From positions 39,500,390-39,564,389 of the forward strand of contig NC_081371.1 of the NCBI RefSeq assembly GCF_030684315.1: a stretch of DNA of 64,000 bases. Reading direction: 5' to 3'. Both the position numbers and the translations under genes were made by a program. Source of the DNA: Stegostoma tigrinum. Its lineage: Eukaryota. Below the pieces are notes generated by a model. It was not told the origin of the DNA. It did no database searches and worked only from the letters and a program-made list of their open reading frames with translations. How positions within the stretch are numbered: position 1 is the first letter of the stretch; each line of letters starts with the position of its first letter. Positions 27,311 through 42,000 of this stretch are shown here, piece by piece.

Positions 27311-28272
27311 TGATCAACTTATTTTTAGAACTGTATAATCTTTTGAATATTTTTAGGAACGTGTATAATAAATCCGAAGCAAAGCAATGTTAAGAATTTC
27401 CAGTTAAATTTCAACATCAACTGAACAGGAAGTAAATTCAAACCAAAGTGTTCTGCTCTGCTTTTTCTTCAATTCTAGTACAATTAAATATCTTAACACA
27501 ATTTAAGTTGTTTTTTTATTTTTAAAACTGCATCAGTAAAATACAAGCTTTGTGTTGCTAGAATTCAAGTGAGTTAATGTAACAGCATCCCATTGGATCA
27601 TTGTAATTTATGATGTCGTTGTAGCCATAGCTTGCAATTTTTTGACGTTGGAGCATACATCTACAGAGATGGTTAAAGAAATGGCGGTATATTTGAATCA
27701 TTTAGAGGCTTGTATAAAAATCTGCCTTAATACAGTCTTGACATAAAATTTCGAATTTTGAAAGGTGGGAGGCCATTACAGATGCAGAGTAGTCAGTTGA
27801 CCAAATTTTCTATCAGCAAGCTTTCTTTAGTCATAATGTTCTGACTGAGGTTGGAGGAGTGCACCAATTCCTTTCTGGTCCCAATCCACTGGTTATAGTA
27901 AATGTAAAATTGAACCAACCTCTGGAGATATGGCTGAGTTTTGTTTTTAAATGTAGATTTTAGACTGTCTAGCTTAATGTTAGAAACAATTCAACCAGGT
28001 TTTTTTTAAACTAATAATTAGTTGGACAAATAACATATTCAAACATACAGGGATTATCACTAAGTTTTAAACTGCATAAAGTTAGGTGTCAGTTGTATTT
28101 TAACATGAAGTGAAAATGGGTAACAGAGATGGCTGAACACTCAGAGCACATGACCATCACAAATGTGAATAAACAAACTCTTTGATAAATTCTTGGTAAC
28201 AAAGAAGTAATTAAAATGTTATTTGAATGCTTGTCAATTGAAACTAATGTCCCTATTTTTAAAACTTCAAAG

Positions 28273-28355
28273 GATAAACATTGGCTAATCAGGCAAGCAA
28301 AGACTCCCATGACCAACTCTTCAATGAATTTTCTGGATAATGCATTCAGGAAAAG
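28273..28355 (+). CDS. GNS: GNS exon 7
   Basis: [27 protein letters not shown](R); phase-2 donor. Confidence 0.94.
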
Positions 28356-28436
28356 GTATTATTTTTCTTCACTTCCTTTTTTCTTAAGGAAAACATAATG
28401 TGGATGTTTAGCATAATCCTAGGTTATTTTTCTTAG

Positions 28437-28555
28437 ATGGCAAACGTTGCTATCAGTGGATGACCTTGTTGAAAAAGTTGTGAAGAAACTTGATGCAATC
28501 AAGGAACTAGAAAACACCTACATTTTCTTTACATCTGATAATGGCTATCACACAG
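28437..28555 (+). CDS. GNS: GNS exon 8
   Basis: [15 protein letters not shown]...[14 protein letters not shown]; preceded by an 81-nt intron. Confidence 0.96.
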
Positions 28556-28849
28556 GTAAGCAATAATACTTTTTTTCCTGTCAAAATACTTGTTGATTTT
28601 ACATTGTACTTTATTATTGCCTTGATGTTTGGAGTTTCCTCTGGAGTGACCTCCTGTAATGGATGACAAACTCAACCATTATTAAAGTGATCTATGTTCT
28701 ATTACAATCCTTTTTAAAAATAACTTTGAATAAAAACACCATGCGACAGATGCTAGAAATGAAACACACCAGTATAATGCTGGAGTAACTCTGCTGCAGG
28801 AGAACTAGTGGAGAGAGAAATAGTTAGCATTTCATGCCCAGTATGACAC

Positions 28850-29610
28850 AGAATATAGAACAGTACAGGTTCTTCAGCCCACGATGTTGTGCCGACCTAT
28901 CATCCTGTTAAGATCAAACTACTCTCCATACCCAATGTTTTACTATCTCCCTGTGCGTATCCAAGAGTCGCTTATAAGCCTCTAAAGTATCTGTCTCCAC
29001 TAACACTGCCAGCAGTGCGTTCCACATGCCCATCACTCTGTGTAAGGAGCCTACCTCTGACATCTTCCCTACACCTTCCTCCAGTCACCTTAAAATTATG
29101 TCCCCTCGTAATAGTCATTTCCACCCTTGGAAAAAGTTTCTGACTATCCACTCTATCTATGCTTCTCATCATCTTGTACATCTCTGTCAAGTCACCTTTC
29201 ATCCTTCTTTGCTCCAATGACAAAAGCCCTGGCTCCCTCAACCTTTCCTTATAAGACCTGCCCTCCAGTGCAGGCAGTACCCTGGTAAATCTCCTCTGCA
29301 CTCTCTCTAAATCTTCCACGTCTTTCCTATAATGAGGTGATCAGAACCGAACACAATATTCCAAATGTGGTCTAACCAGAGTTTGAGTTGCGGCATAACC
29401 TTGCGGCTCCTAAACTCAATTCCTCTGCCAATGAAAGCCTACACACCGTACACCTTCTTTACAACCCTATCAACTTGGGTTGCAACTTTGAGGGATCTGT
29501 GGACTTGGACCCCAGGATCCCTCTGTTCCCCCACACTGCCAAGAATCCTACCATTTAATCCTATATTCTGCATTTAAATTTGACCTTTCAAAATGAATCA
29601 TTTCACGCTT
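28850..29610 (-). mobile_element. CR1 3' fragment
   Basis: EDLERVQRRFTRVLP...KGDLTEMYKMMR. Confidence 0.88.
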
Positions 29611-29985
29611 TAGAACCCAAGTTCCTGACCCAAGATACTGGTGAATACTACAACAATTTATATAGTCGATACAATTGTGACTGCTGTAGTTTAAATGAAC
29701 AAAGAATGTTTAAGTAGGATTTATCAGTATTCCTTTTAGTTTTTAAAATGGTTGTTCAAGTAGACAGTTGCCAATTCTGCAGTAGTTGCTAGTTTGCTGA
29801 AACCTCCTCTGTTCTAGGAATCCTAGAATTTGTTTGTAATCATGGCCTTAATTCTCCATTCTGACAGTCATACTTCTTGTATTAATACATAAAATAACAA
29901 TAGAACACAAAGCTAAAAGAAATCAAGAGTGCATAGTATAAAATGCATTGTGCTACATTGACATCTGGTTTAAATGTATCTTTAG

Positions 29986-30089
29986 GCCAATTTTCTTTGC
30001 CAATTGACAAACGACAACTGTATGAATTTGACATTAAAGTGCCATTGCTTGTGCGAGGACCTGGAATCAAATCCGCCGGCAGTAATCAG
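29986..30089 (+). CDS. GNS: GNS exon 9
   Basis: (G)[34 protein letters not shown]. Confidence 0.96.
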
Positions 30090-30883
30090 GTATGTGTGCC
30101 AGGTTGATGCTTGTGTAAACTACTAGGTCTATGCAGAATATTTGAGTGGAAGGTTGCTTTAAAATTGACAGTTGAACTCCATAAGAAACAAATTTTGTAC
30201 AGCTACATGGAGTGTATTTTATCAACAGGTTCAGGAACTTGTCTTGTATAATCTTGTAAGTTGTTTCCTGGCTTTGACTATTGCAGTGCAACAAAAATAA
30301 CTTGCATCTATTGCTTCACTTTTGATATTAGCAACACTTTTTAAAAAATTTTAGTACTGTCTAGAATAATTAACAGTGATGAAACGGTAAGATGATGACT
30401 TGGCTTTAATGAAACCAGCAACCCTATTTGAAACACCTTGAAGCTAGGTTTTTCGCCTTGACTAACGTTACATCACCATGGTCTATCTTGATTGCAGAAT
30501 CCTGTCTAATGCTGAATGGACTTTTGAGAGCTGTGAAAATCACTGTTTTAATGTCTTTGTCATGCTACCCCAATTTTGTTGTTTGGTGATCAATTGAAGT
30601 CATTCGGTAGAGTCAAATGAGACAATTGTATCGTGTAATTCTAAACGAAGTTATGTAGCACCTGTCTTCACCAAGAGCATTTGTCACCAGTAAAGCGTAT
30701 GTTGTATTATGTATTCAATGCATGTGGTGGGGAGTGAAGTGAAAATGCTCGGGGGTGAGGGGGAGAAGAGATGTGTTGTATCAGATTGAAACATGCTGAA
30801 ACGTTAGCCTTCGATATCTCAAACTTGAGTGGTACTGATTTGTTGCTGTAGTTTTTAAAGGCTTTGGTCTCCGTTTCGTTCAG

Positions 30884-30985
30884 ATGCTGGTAGCAAACAT
30901 TGATTTGGCTCCAACATTCTTGGATATTGCTGGCTATGATACCAACAAAACCAGGATGGATGGCATGTCTCTGTTGCCTCTGCTG
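30884..30985 (+). CDS. GNS: GNS exon 10
   Basis: [34 protein letters not shown]. Confidence 0.96.
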
Positions 30986-31313
30986 GTAGGTTTTTTGTGA
31001 TGCTGACCATGTGGTGGAACTATAGTTCATTCCTTTTTAATATGGACATGATTGTAATAAAAATAACTTTCAGTCAGATTAGCTGTTATAAATTCTTCCA
31101 TTTTGTTTACAGATCTGATTCATCCACTTTATTTCTAGCTCTCATGTTTTTCAAAATCTGTGAAAATAAGATAGTAGGTGGTATTGGACTTCTGGAGCAA
31201 TTACTCTGATAATTGCTGAAGAATTCAGCTTCATGTCAGTTTGATCTTTCTTTCTCTGCACTATATTTAAAACTGTGTTATTTTTGTATAATCAATTTCC
31301 ATTCTACCTTCAG

Positions 31314-31424
31314 AACGGTAAGGCAAAAAATGTGACATGGAGAACTGACCTCCTCATAGAGTATCAAGGAGAGGGACGTAACAAAAGTGATCCTACCTGC
31401 CCTTCGTTAGGGCCAGGGGTCACG
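31314..31424 (+). CDS. GNS: GNS exon 11
   Basis: [37 protein letters not shown]. Confidence 0.95.
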
Positions 31425-32145
31425 GTGAGTCCTAGATATTTCTTTTACTCCATCTGCATGATGTAAAATTTCTACTTCACCTCAAATGAAATAGGAAACT
31501 CCAAAGCAAATTGACAAAAATACATGTTTCAGTGCATCTTATTCTAAGCCATTGCAAGTATGGTCTTTGCTACCAAGCTCTGGAGAGTGGGGTTTGCAAA
31601 TATTTAACAGCTTATACTGCTGTTTTATGCATAATTCTTTCAGATATGCATTGGAGGGGTAAAACAATAAACAAAGCCAGGAAGTGAACCATCTCTAAAC
31701 CACTTGATTTTGTATTTAACCCGGTATATGTGGAAACGTTCAGTTCTCTGCTTTTTTTTCTTAAATTTGTGATATTGATGCTGCGTGAGGTCAAGCATGT
31801 GGAAGTTTTTGTGACAAGTCTCCTTTGACTACGTAAATCCTGCAGCTCGTGTTTCATTGATGCTAGTATCTGAAGTATATTACCTGGTCATGTGTGATAA
31901 TAGCAACTGCCGATGCTAGAGCCTGAGATAAAAAGGTGTAGAGCTGGATGAACACAGTGTTCTATAATGACCCAGACTTTGATACTGGACTGCTATCTAT
32001 TGTTATTGAGAAACGTTTTTGTTTCTTCAGTCAATTTTGCCTGAGGAAATTGTCATGGTTTAGTCTTTCTGAGAGCTTTAGAGTTTTTAATCTGGATGTT
32101 GCTATCAGATGTTTATTCAGTAACCTGCTCAATTTTAAAACTGAC

Positions 32146-32453
32146 ACGCTGTGGAGCTGGAGGACCACAGCAAGCCAGGCAGCATCAGAGGAGCAGGAAA
32201 GTTGATGTTTTGGGTCAGGACCCTCCTTCTTTAGAAATGGAGGGGGGAGAACCCTGAAATAAATAGAAGGGAGGGGCTGGGGAAGGTAGGCGGGATGGTG
32301 ATAGGTGAGTAGAGACGGGACACTTCAGGTCAGGACCCTGAAGAAGGGTCCTGACCCAAAACGTCAACTTTCCTGCTCCTCTGTTGCCTGGCCTGCTGTG
32401 CTCCTCCAGCTCCATGCTATCTCTGACTCCAGCATTAGCAGTTCTTACTATCT
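32146..32453. mobile_element. Penelope-like hammerhead element, family A, fold-back with extra purine-rich segment
   Basis: Inverted arms; core CTGAAGA at 32338. Flanks ctcaattttaaaactgac / ctcaattttaaagctaac. Confidence 0.78.
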
Positions 32454-32964
32454 CTCAATTTTAAAGCTAACTTTTCTCTTGTGTTTTATGACCAATGAAA
32501 AGGACACTTGACAGAAGTCCTTCTAAAATTTGGCTTTCATGTTGCTCAAAGGGGCTTCAAGCCTCTAATATCCAAGAATCTGCACTGAAAATGCTGCTTG
32601 AGTTCGATTACAACAGCTGAGACAATGTGTTAACACAATGTTGAGTCAATTCATACTTCTCCCAGTCATAATGGATTTTTTTTAAAAAGTAAAAATTCCA
32701 GGTCTACTTCTCACCAAGTATTAATCAGTTCGTCCTTTTGGACCAACACCTAACTCTCTACCATATTTTTGTTAAAATATACCCATTAAATTTGGCAATA
32801 TTATGAAAACATTACCTCCGAACATCTTCAGTGCTGGAAGTAACTAATCACCTGGCAGCCTTTAAAGACTTGAGTGCGTTCTGGGTGTTTTGAGGTTGAA
32901 CCTGTATATATCTTTACCTACTCAAACCACTCTTTTTTTTTTTTTTTTTTATTTGGTTCAATAG

Positions 32965-33075
32965 AACTGTTTCCCTGATTGTGTTTGTGAAGATGCATAT
33001 AACAATACCTATGCATGTGTAAGAACAATTGCCAATTCAGCTGACTTGCAGTATTGTGAATTTGATGATAGTGAG
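32965..33075 (+). CDS. GNS: GNS exon 12
   Basis: [21 protein letters not shown]...QYCEFDDSE. Confidence 0.96.
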
Positions 33076-34240
33076 GTGAGTGCTGTCAAATATTTTCATT
33101 TTTCTTGATTCCTTAACAGCCAAGTCTCCCCTTTCATAAAACTCTAACTTGTGCAGTCATTTTGTTTTTCCCCTTAGCATGCATTGGATTTCAAATAGCT
33201 TTTGAGCAGTCCTATTCATTATGAGTAATGATCCCAGCAGATGCTAATACTGGACAAGTTGATACCAGAATCGAACCAGGTTTGATTTTTTTAAAAATCA
33301 AAGTCACTTCTTTTTTCCTTAGTGGCTAGTCATCAACCCAATTCACACACCATAGGCTACTAACATTTGTTAACAAAATAACACAACACAAATTCATTCA
33401 CACGGGAGCGGCATTAAAAAAAAACTACATTTTGTCAACTTGGAAAAAGTCCTCTAATAGTAAAACGCACAACTTTTCACTCCTAGCAATATCGTTTTTC
33501 AAATGCACAGTCCCAGAGAGCTATCATTCCAATCCTTTTTTTAAATCTTAACTCTTGTCAGTTTCAATTTTAAATATTTATTGTCAGCTTAATCTACTTC
33601 CGTACAAATACTTCACTCCATTTGCAAGTTAATTTGTTAAATTTACATTTCTCAGGATAAGACTGCTCTGCTGTATTGACAACCATCTCTTTTTGCTAAT
33701 GTAAAACCAAAATGTGACCTTCGTGGAGCTGAAACCAAAATCTGTCCTTTTTTTTTACTGAAAGTTCAATCTTTCAAATAGTAAATACACATTGTTTTAA
33801 TCGCACTACAAGTTACCATTGCAGGGTGAAAGAGATTTGGCTAAATGCATGAAATGTACATATTTGACATTTTAAGTGAGGTCAGTTTTGTAGATTAACT
33901 CCTAATAAGAATCACCTTGAATGTTCTTAAGTCATAGTGCATTGTAACTTAAATGACAGATTTATTAGTGGCACATGTTTTCCTCCTTTTTTAGCTTGGA
34001 AATCTTGGCAAAAACATCTTTCTGGGTAGCAAAAGATACTACTAAAATTCAGTTAATAAAGTTATGGGGGGGTAAAAAGGAATCTTTTTAAAAATGAAAT
34101 TGATTTGTGATGCTTAGTATAGAGTGTAGCATTATTTATTATTTCAATGATGCAATCATTCCTAATCAGTTTTGTAAGTGAAAGGCATATATAAACCAAA
34201 TTAATTCTTTTTGTAATCTCAGGTGCTTTTCTTTACTCAG

Positions 34241-34401
34241 GTGTTTGTAGAAGTCTATAATCTAACTTCTGACCCACACCAAATCACAAATATAGCCAAA
34301 TCAATAGATCAGGAAGTTCTTGAGAAGATGAACCATCGTCTCATGATGTTGCAATCTTGCTCTGGTTCCACGTGTCAGACACCAGGAGTATATGATCCAA
34401 G
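34241..34401 (+). CDS. GNS: GNS exon 13
   Basis: [23 protein letters not shown]...[20 protein letters not shown](R). Confidence 0.96.
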
Positions 34402-36077
34402 GTATGAAAGATTGTTTAATCATTACCTACTGCCGAGTCAGCAGCTTGTGGCTTTTTAAACATTTTTATCTGCAGCTCTTAACCTTTTCTAGTTCAATCC
34501 CATTTTGAGATGAAAGAACTGAAAATAAATTGAAGGCAAGTAAGAGCTGCACATTCATAGTTGGTATGAGAGGCTAATCACTACTGTTTCAAGTCTCTGA
34601 CCTTTTTGTTCTGAAAAACAATTGTGTCAGGACTTGCAACTAACTGTTTCTCTCTGCACAGATGCTGCCCAACCTGCTGAATTTCTCAGCTTTCTTTTTT
34701 AATTGCAGTATTTTAGTTAATCTATCTGTACTTGCATATTACCTCCAACCATGAGCTTGTACTTCAGTTTGCTTTTGAAGGACTTGAGTGCTGAATTTTT
34801 AATTTTTATTTCTTTATTTTTCTAATTTTGTACTTGATTTTGTACCTAGACAACTATTTTGTACGTAAGATGGTGCCAGAAATGGGGCCTTCGTATATTT
34901 TTTCCACTGTACTTGTGTATCCCTGTACATATGACAAAATCTAATTCTAATAACTTTTTCATGTGGAACCTTTGTACAAAAATGTCTTTAGGTTTTCCTC
35001 AGTACTGAATGTCAACAGGCTCCTTTTTTTAATGCCAGGGCATTTTGCTCCTTCAATGGATTCCAATAAATTGGTGAAATAAGACATTTTTCCCCTTTCA
35101 CAAACCATGCTGACACCTTCTGATTTTTACTTGTGTTCTCCAAATACCCAACTTTAAGTTATTAATAGTAGATTCTAACAACTTGAAGTCTGCTGTAAGG
35201 AAACTAATTGTCCTGTAGCTTCCTCTAGAGTTTAGCTAAGTACGACTTCCTCTAATAGGTGTTTTTCCTTCAGTAATTCCACTGAATAACATTTTACCTC
35301 TGAATGTTACACAAACATATATCACAAGTAGCAAAGCAGTCTTAATTGCATTCCCTTTCTCTCATCCTTTGCTTTTGATGCAGTGAAAATCTTACTACAA
35401 GCAGTATAAGAGCTGATCAAACATATATTCTTACATTATGATTTCAATAGGCTGTCTTTCATTCTTTCAGTAAATGGATGAAGTAAAATTTAATGTTACA
35501 TTTGAAATTCTTCAGTCAGACTTTTGTGTGTTCATTACACATTGAGGCTACAACTTGCTGTCACTAGCTATGTATTCTAACAACAGTTTGCTTTCAATTC
35601 CTTTTTGCTCTTTAGACTTTAATCCATTTCCCCTTCCCAGTACTACTTGTGTTTTTTTTTAACTATTCCACTATGGTTTGTAAACATCTTTATGCCCATC
35701 TGCTCCCTCTCCTTTTTTCGATGATCATGCCTGAGAGACCCATTATTGGTCTATTTTGTTGCAGGAAGTAATTGGCTTTATTAACATTCTATTTCAACAT
35801 CATCTTTTTGAGGCTTTTCCTTTGCCAGTTACTTGTCTAATGCACAAGCCAATACAGATGTGGAACTAAATGTTAGCATAGCCATCATGCAAGTATCTGC
35901 ATATATAGAATCATTACTCTCAGTTTTTGGCCAGAGGTAGTAGCTTTAAAAAAAAGTGCAGAACCTTGGTATCTTTCTTTGTCCAAAATATGAAAGTTAG
36001 TAGTAATTGTATCATCCTGTTGCTTTATGCTGATTTTTTTTTTAAAAAGAATTTAATTTTTTTTGTTTTTTTTTTAG

Positions 36078-36150
36078 GTACCGATTTGATCCTCAACTGA
36101 TGTTCCATCATGGACCTGCTGCACCCAAGTTATTCCATAAAACCTTGTGA
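36078..36150 (+). CDS. GNS: GNS exon 14 (terminal)
   Basis: (R)YRFDPQLMFHHGPAAPKLFHKTL-stop. The exons sum to 1599 nt, an intact 532-aa ORF. Confidence 0.93.
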
Positions 36151-38221
36151 AGCCTTTTTAGCTTGCTGTTACCTGTAACACAACCTTGTACTTCGTGTGG
36201 ACTGATGTAAATCACTAGAAGTTGTATATACTTTTGTTCTTGCAGTGTTTTCCACCCCTCTCCCTCCCTCCCTGCCCAACTGCCCTGATCACATTTTCCT
36301 GATTTAAAGGCAATTGACGTGTGAAAAGTGACTTTGATAAATTTTAACATAAGGTTTTATGTATTGTAGTTCTAAATTAGCATAATTTATTTTGAGGATC
36401 ATTGTCTTCAGTTCCAGTGAACCTAAGCATGTAATTGCTTGTGGGGGATAACATTAAACCATCAAATACTTGCAATTTTTGTTTATTGCATGAATTATCT
36501 GCCAGCTAGCAATCACAGCTATACTTGGTTGGTATAGAATGAATTACTTCTAGTCACCGTTCTTTGTTTCTGTCTACAGTAGCATGAACTCATGTGTTAG
36601 GCATAGTGTACAGAAATCAAATTTCCACTAAACTTGAGCACATCAGAAACAAAATGGGTTTTGAGACACATTATCACCACATTGTTGTTTTTCCAGCGGC
36701 CATCCAGCCCAATATTTAGGGAATTTCATTAAGTTTTGAGGTTTGCTGACAGCTGACTGGGCTGCAACTATTGGCTTAAACTAACTTAACAGCTTCTATT
36801 TTGCTCCTTTTTTTAGCAGTAAAGAATGTATTGGAGAAGTTTGGATTTTGTCTGTACTGTCTTGGGTTAGTCTAATGTAAACAGTGCTAAGAACTGAGCA
36901 AACTTGTCTCTTCTGAATGTCGCATACTGTGAGCTTAGGGGTTTTAACTAAATGCTTTGTAATGTAGGACCCTAGAATGATTTGACTTTCTCGGATTCCA
37001 TTCTACTCCACCCCACACCCCAAACTGATTTTTGTTGCTAATCCCAATCACCTCGCCTGGCTTCTACAACCACTTTCTTTCTGTTCAAAAATCTTTCCCC
37101 ACCACAGCATTTTCTTTACATTTATGAGGGATTACTGTGATCCAAGACTATGGCCATCTGTTGCCTTGGATTTTGTGTGTGGTAAGGCATTATAGCTGGG
37201 AAACATTTTTTCTAGATAGATACATAGTCATTTTATTTAATGACTGTGAATGTACAACTGGTTGCCTTTAATATCTCTACCAAAGCTAGTTTAAAATTCT
37301 TTTAGCAATTAATATTGTCCATTGACTGGACATCACTATTGTTCTGATTCATAAATTTGTCACTAAATTTAAAGATTCTCAATTTTTATTTTAGAAATTG
37401 AAGTTACTTTTCCAGTAATTCTGGATTTTGATATTGCACTGAAGATCCCAGCTATCTGCTGCTTTAGTACGTTATGGAACTGATGTTTATAGGAGAGAGA
37501 GATGTATGAAGTGGCCAATGTTTTCTAACAATATAGCCAATAGATATAATCCAACATGTGATTTGTGCTATAATTAACTTTTCAATTGTTTTGTCTATTA
37601 ACTGTTGGTGTTTTTTTCTTTGTTCAGTTATGCACTAAATCAAACCACTTCTTGTAACATTCCTACAATATTGACGTGTACACCAGAATGTCTTTGATTC
37701 AAGAATGATGAAATGTCAGAAGGACAAACGAAACAACCACTCTTTTACTGGCACAGGTGTATTTAGAGTGTATAGTTGACACAATGTAGTGCAGCACTGA
37801 TCTATAGCCTTATTGACGTACATTAGTGAAAAAGTTTATCAAGCAACACCAGGTTGAAGAAAAAAACTTTAGTATTGGTGTACCTGTTGAATCTACAATA
37901 TTATGCACTCAGGAGCAAGCATTTTGTTTAGGCTTGAATATAAAAATCAGAAACAATTTGTACATCAATATTGCTTAGTTAATTGCAAATGCTTGTATTT
38001 TCAGTGTTAAACTGAATTTGCACATTTTAAAATAGGTTTATGTAACTTGGATTAAAATTTGTGTAAGCTTTCATGTTACTCAGAAGGTTCAGACTCTCAG
38101 CACTTGTAATACTGACTTTGAATTGAGATTTCTTGGGTTTTTTTCCAAAGTCTTAAGTGACCTTGACTATGTATATTTGGGATAAGAAAATGATGGCTCA
38201 ATTCAATCTCACATTTTATGT

Positions 38222-38227
38222 AATAAA
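38222..38227 (+). terminator. Candidate GNS polyadenylation signal
   Basis: AATAAA ending a ~2.1 kb stretch after the stop codon in which I see no repeats. Confidence 0.5.
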
Positions 38228-38685
38228 TTACTTTCCAGTCTGAAGTTGGGATGCTCTCTTTTTAACATGGTCTTGAAGTTGAAAAATTCAGCCACCAGAT
38301 CACCACTCTATTTAGTTAAAATTGCAACTGATTTAGACTAGCCACCTCTACACTACACTAAAATGGGAATTTCAATTAATATGAATACCAGCTGAAATTT
38401 GGGGTTATTTTTTAACTTTAATTGCTGTTGCTAATAACACTGCTTTGCTTTGCTTTGTTTCCCAGTACAGACAGCAGCACTAGTAATTTTCTTAGTATTT
38501 TCAAACAAGAGAGGGAAAAGCTCATTTTACTGTTATTAAACATGTATGTATTTTTCCTTTTGTCAATGTGCAAGCTTCCAGAGTGGTGGTGGTGTTTTTT
38601 TTTTAGTACAATTGGTTTAGTAAGTGGGAACATATGTATTCCAAGGGAATACTAACTTTTTGTAATTCATTAATAGTTATGTTTA

Positions 38686-39376
38686 TAGAACATAGAACAG
38701 TACAGCACAGAACAGGCCCTTCAGCCCACAATGTTGTACCGACCATTGATCCACATGTATGCACCCTCAAATTTCTGTGACCATATACATGTCCAGCAGT
38801 CTCTTAAATGACCCCAATGACCTTGCTTCCACAACTGCTGCTGGCAATGCATTCCATGCTCTCACAACTCTCTGCGTAAAGAACCTGCCTCTGACATCCC
38901 CTCTATACTTTCCACCAACCAGCTTAAAACTATGACCCCTCGTGCTAGCCACTTCTGCCCTGGGAAATAGTCTCTGGCTATCAACTCTATCTATGCCTCT
39001 CATTATCTTGTATACCTCAATTAGGTCCCCTCTCCTCCTCCTTTTCTCCAATGAAAAGAGACCGAGCTCAGTCAACCTCTCTTCATGAGATAAGCCCTCC
39101 AGTCCAGGCAGCATCCTGGTAAACCTCCTCTGAACCCTCTCAAGCATCCACATCTTTCCTATAATAGGGCGCCCAGAACTGGACGCAGTATTCCAAGTGC
39201 GGTCTAACCAAAGTTTTATAGAGCTGCAACAAGATCTCACGACTCTTAAACTCAATCCCCCTGTTAATGAAAGCCAAAACACCATATGCTTTCTTAACAA
39301 CCCTGTCCACTTGGGTGGCCATTTTAAGGGATCTATGTATCTGCACACCAAGATCCCTCTTTTCTTCCACGCTGCC
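38686..39376 (-). mobile_element. Young 5'-truncated CR1, same subfamily as 8100-12302
   Basis: Near-identical reverse complement of 11610-12302, including the TTCTATG tail. Confidence 0.93.
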
Positions 39377-39744
39377 ATGGAATCTCATGGAATGTCTTAA
39401 ATTTGTCAGCTAACTTGGGCAAGACTTTGAAAGAACACTTTTTTTTGTTTAGGCAAAACCTTTGAACATGCTGTCAATGTAGGAATTTCACTTTTCATCT
39501 GCTTTAAGTAATCAAAGATAGTGAAGCACTTGGCCATACCAGATTATTAGCCATTGAATTATAGATAACTGCTTTGCACTTCTTTCAGTAATGAACTTGT
39601 AATACATTAATGTTAGAATTGATTTTTCTTGTATTTTGTCCTAACAGCTTTTACATTCATAACAATTGCTTATTTTGCAGGGAAATGTTAGCATATTAAC
39701 TCTATGATAAGATGTAGGCTGGCTAGGAGAAACATTCTGAACTA

Positions 39745-40097
39745 GGGAGGTGATGGCCCAGGGGTGGTATTGCTGGACTGCTAATCCAGAAGATCCAGTT
39801 TAATGTTCAGGTACCAGTGTTCAAGTCCTGCCACAACAGATGGTGGAATTTGAATTCAATAAAAACTTCTGGAATTGAGAATCTACTGGTGACCATGACT
39901 CCATTGTTTTCTGGAAAAACCCATCTGGGTCACTAATCCCTTTTTAGGGAAGGAAAAGTGCCATTTTTACCTGGTCTGGCCTACATGTGACTCCAGACTT
40001 GTCACAATGTGGTTGACTCTCAACTGCCCTCTGGGCAGTTGGGGATGGGCAATAAATGCTGCCTAGCCAGCAATGCCCTCCTCCTGTGAATGAATTT
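39745..40097 (+). mobile_element. tRNA-derived SINE with LINE-like tail
   Basis: gttcaagtcc B-box and gggatgggcaataaatgctg tail. A second copy lies at ~56375-56860. Confidence 0.65.
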
Positions 40098-40469
40098 TAG
40101 AAAAAACACAAGTACTGACGACGGTCCCTTTTTTCCCTCAAATGAGGAGTAGCATGTATTTCATGTTCGTCAAAAAGTTGCCTCAGTGCTCTGAAGAAAT
40201 AATACAGAAAGGCAGTGATAGTGATTTTTCTTTTACTGATAATGCATGCCCACTTAAGTTTGTTGCAATTTCTTGCCAAAATTTGATTTTATTAAATAGG
40301 TGATTAGTGAAGATTCCTCTATCAAAAATACTGAATATATTGTTGACTTGAGTACTAATAATAAAACTAGAGAGAAATCACGGCTGAAATTTTACTGCAG
40401 GTTCAACAATTTGGAAAATATCAATTTCAACTTTTTCATGGAGAAATGGCTACCAGCAGTTAAGTATAA

Positions 40470-42000
40470 ATCAGGAATGGGAGTAGACTGTTATGGCTCC
40501 TGGAGTCTGCTGCACCGTTTAGTATGATCATGGCTGGACTTTTGTTTCAAATTCCACATTTCCGTTAATCCTGATTTTTAGGCCTTGATTTCTCTCTTCT
40601 TCTTTCCCCCCCCCCCCACCCCCCCACCTAAAAAGAATTTTCCAGCCTGTCTTAAATACTCAATGACCCTGCCTCTAGCACTTCTTTTAGCTTTGAAGCA
40701 GAAATCCAAAGTTGTATCAACTTCTGACACACACAATTCTCAGACATCACCCTCCCGGAATAGCCAACTTTTTAAAACAATGCCTCCTAGTTCTGGATTA
40801 ACCCACAAGAGAAAACATTCTTTCCTTCTCCACCTTGCTAAGACCATTCAGAACCCAGTGAACTTTAACCAAATTGCCTCTCTTCTCTAAACTCTAATGG
40901 AAACCAGATCAGCCTGTCCAACCTCTCCTTTAAGACCACCCACTACCAGTTAACTATCTATCTAGTAAACCTCTGCTGAATTACCTTCTCTACATATGTC
41001 TGTCCTTGCAAAAGAAGACAAACAGCACACAATTCAAGATATTGTCTCACTAATACCCTTTATAACTGAAGCATACAATTTATCTTGTAAAAATGTTATG
41101 TAAACATAATGAAGAATAGCATAATGACAACTGCTTTTACATACAGTATCTGTGTTTTGACATTATGGACGTGGACCAGAATAAGCATACCCCAAACAGT
41201 TCAGAATTCTGCATTTGTTCAAATAATTATATGCATTTGTCTGTCCTATCCTGTCAAAGTGAACAACTTTACATTATACTCACATCTACCAACATTTTTT
41301 TTCAGCCTTCGTGTTGTCTTCATGATAACATGCCTTTCTTGGTGTCATGTATAAATTTATCTACCATGCTTTTGCTCCCCTCATCGAAGTCATTGATGTA
41401 ATTTTTTTCAAATTGAAGCCCTGTTGCAGATCCCTAGAAGACTTCACACCTCACCTGCTGCCACTCAGACAATGGCCCACTTGTGCATATTCTCTTCTGC
41501 CATCCAAACAATCTTCTGTCCATGCTAATACAGTACTCGCATGTCAAGATTTTATTTCTTTTGTAATAAACTTTGGCACTTTTTAAAAAAAAAAATCATC
41601 TTCTAGTGCCAATCCAGGAATGGCACATTTTACAGGCTCCACTTCATCTACAGCATGTTTATTCCTTCGTGGCGCTCCAATAAATTTGCGATTTCCCTTT
41701 GAAACCATGCTGATGTTCCTAGTTTACTTTGAGTTATTTTTGGGTGCAGCTTTCAGTTGATTTAAACACACTTTAAACTAACTGGCCGATAGCTTCCCAT
41801 ATTCAGTCCTCCAGCCCCCTCTGAATTGAGAAAGGGGTCGGGGTGGGGGCGGGCAGGCGGGGCAGCAAGGTAAGAGTTATAGATGCTACTTTCTAGCTTG
41901 ATGGAACTTTTCCTGACTCCAAGGCATTGTGAAAAATGAACACCAATGCATTGACTACTTCAAGAATCTTTCTTTTTAAGGCCCTAAGATAAAATCCAGC
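40470..42000 (-). mobile_element. Old CR1 fragments
   Basis: Degenerate reverse-complement CR1 3' end and RT-region similarity. Confidence 0.5.
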
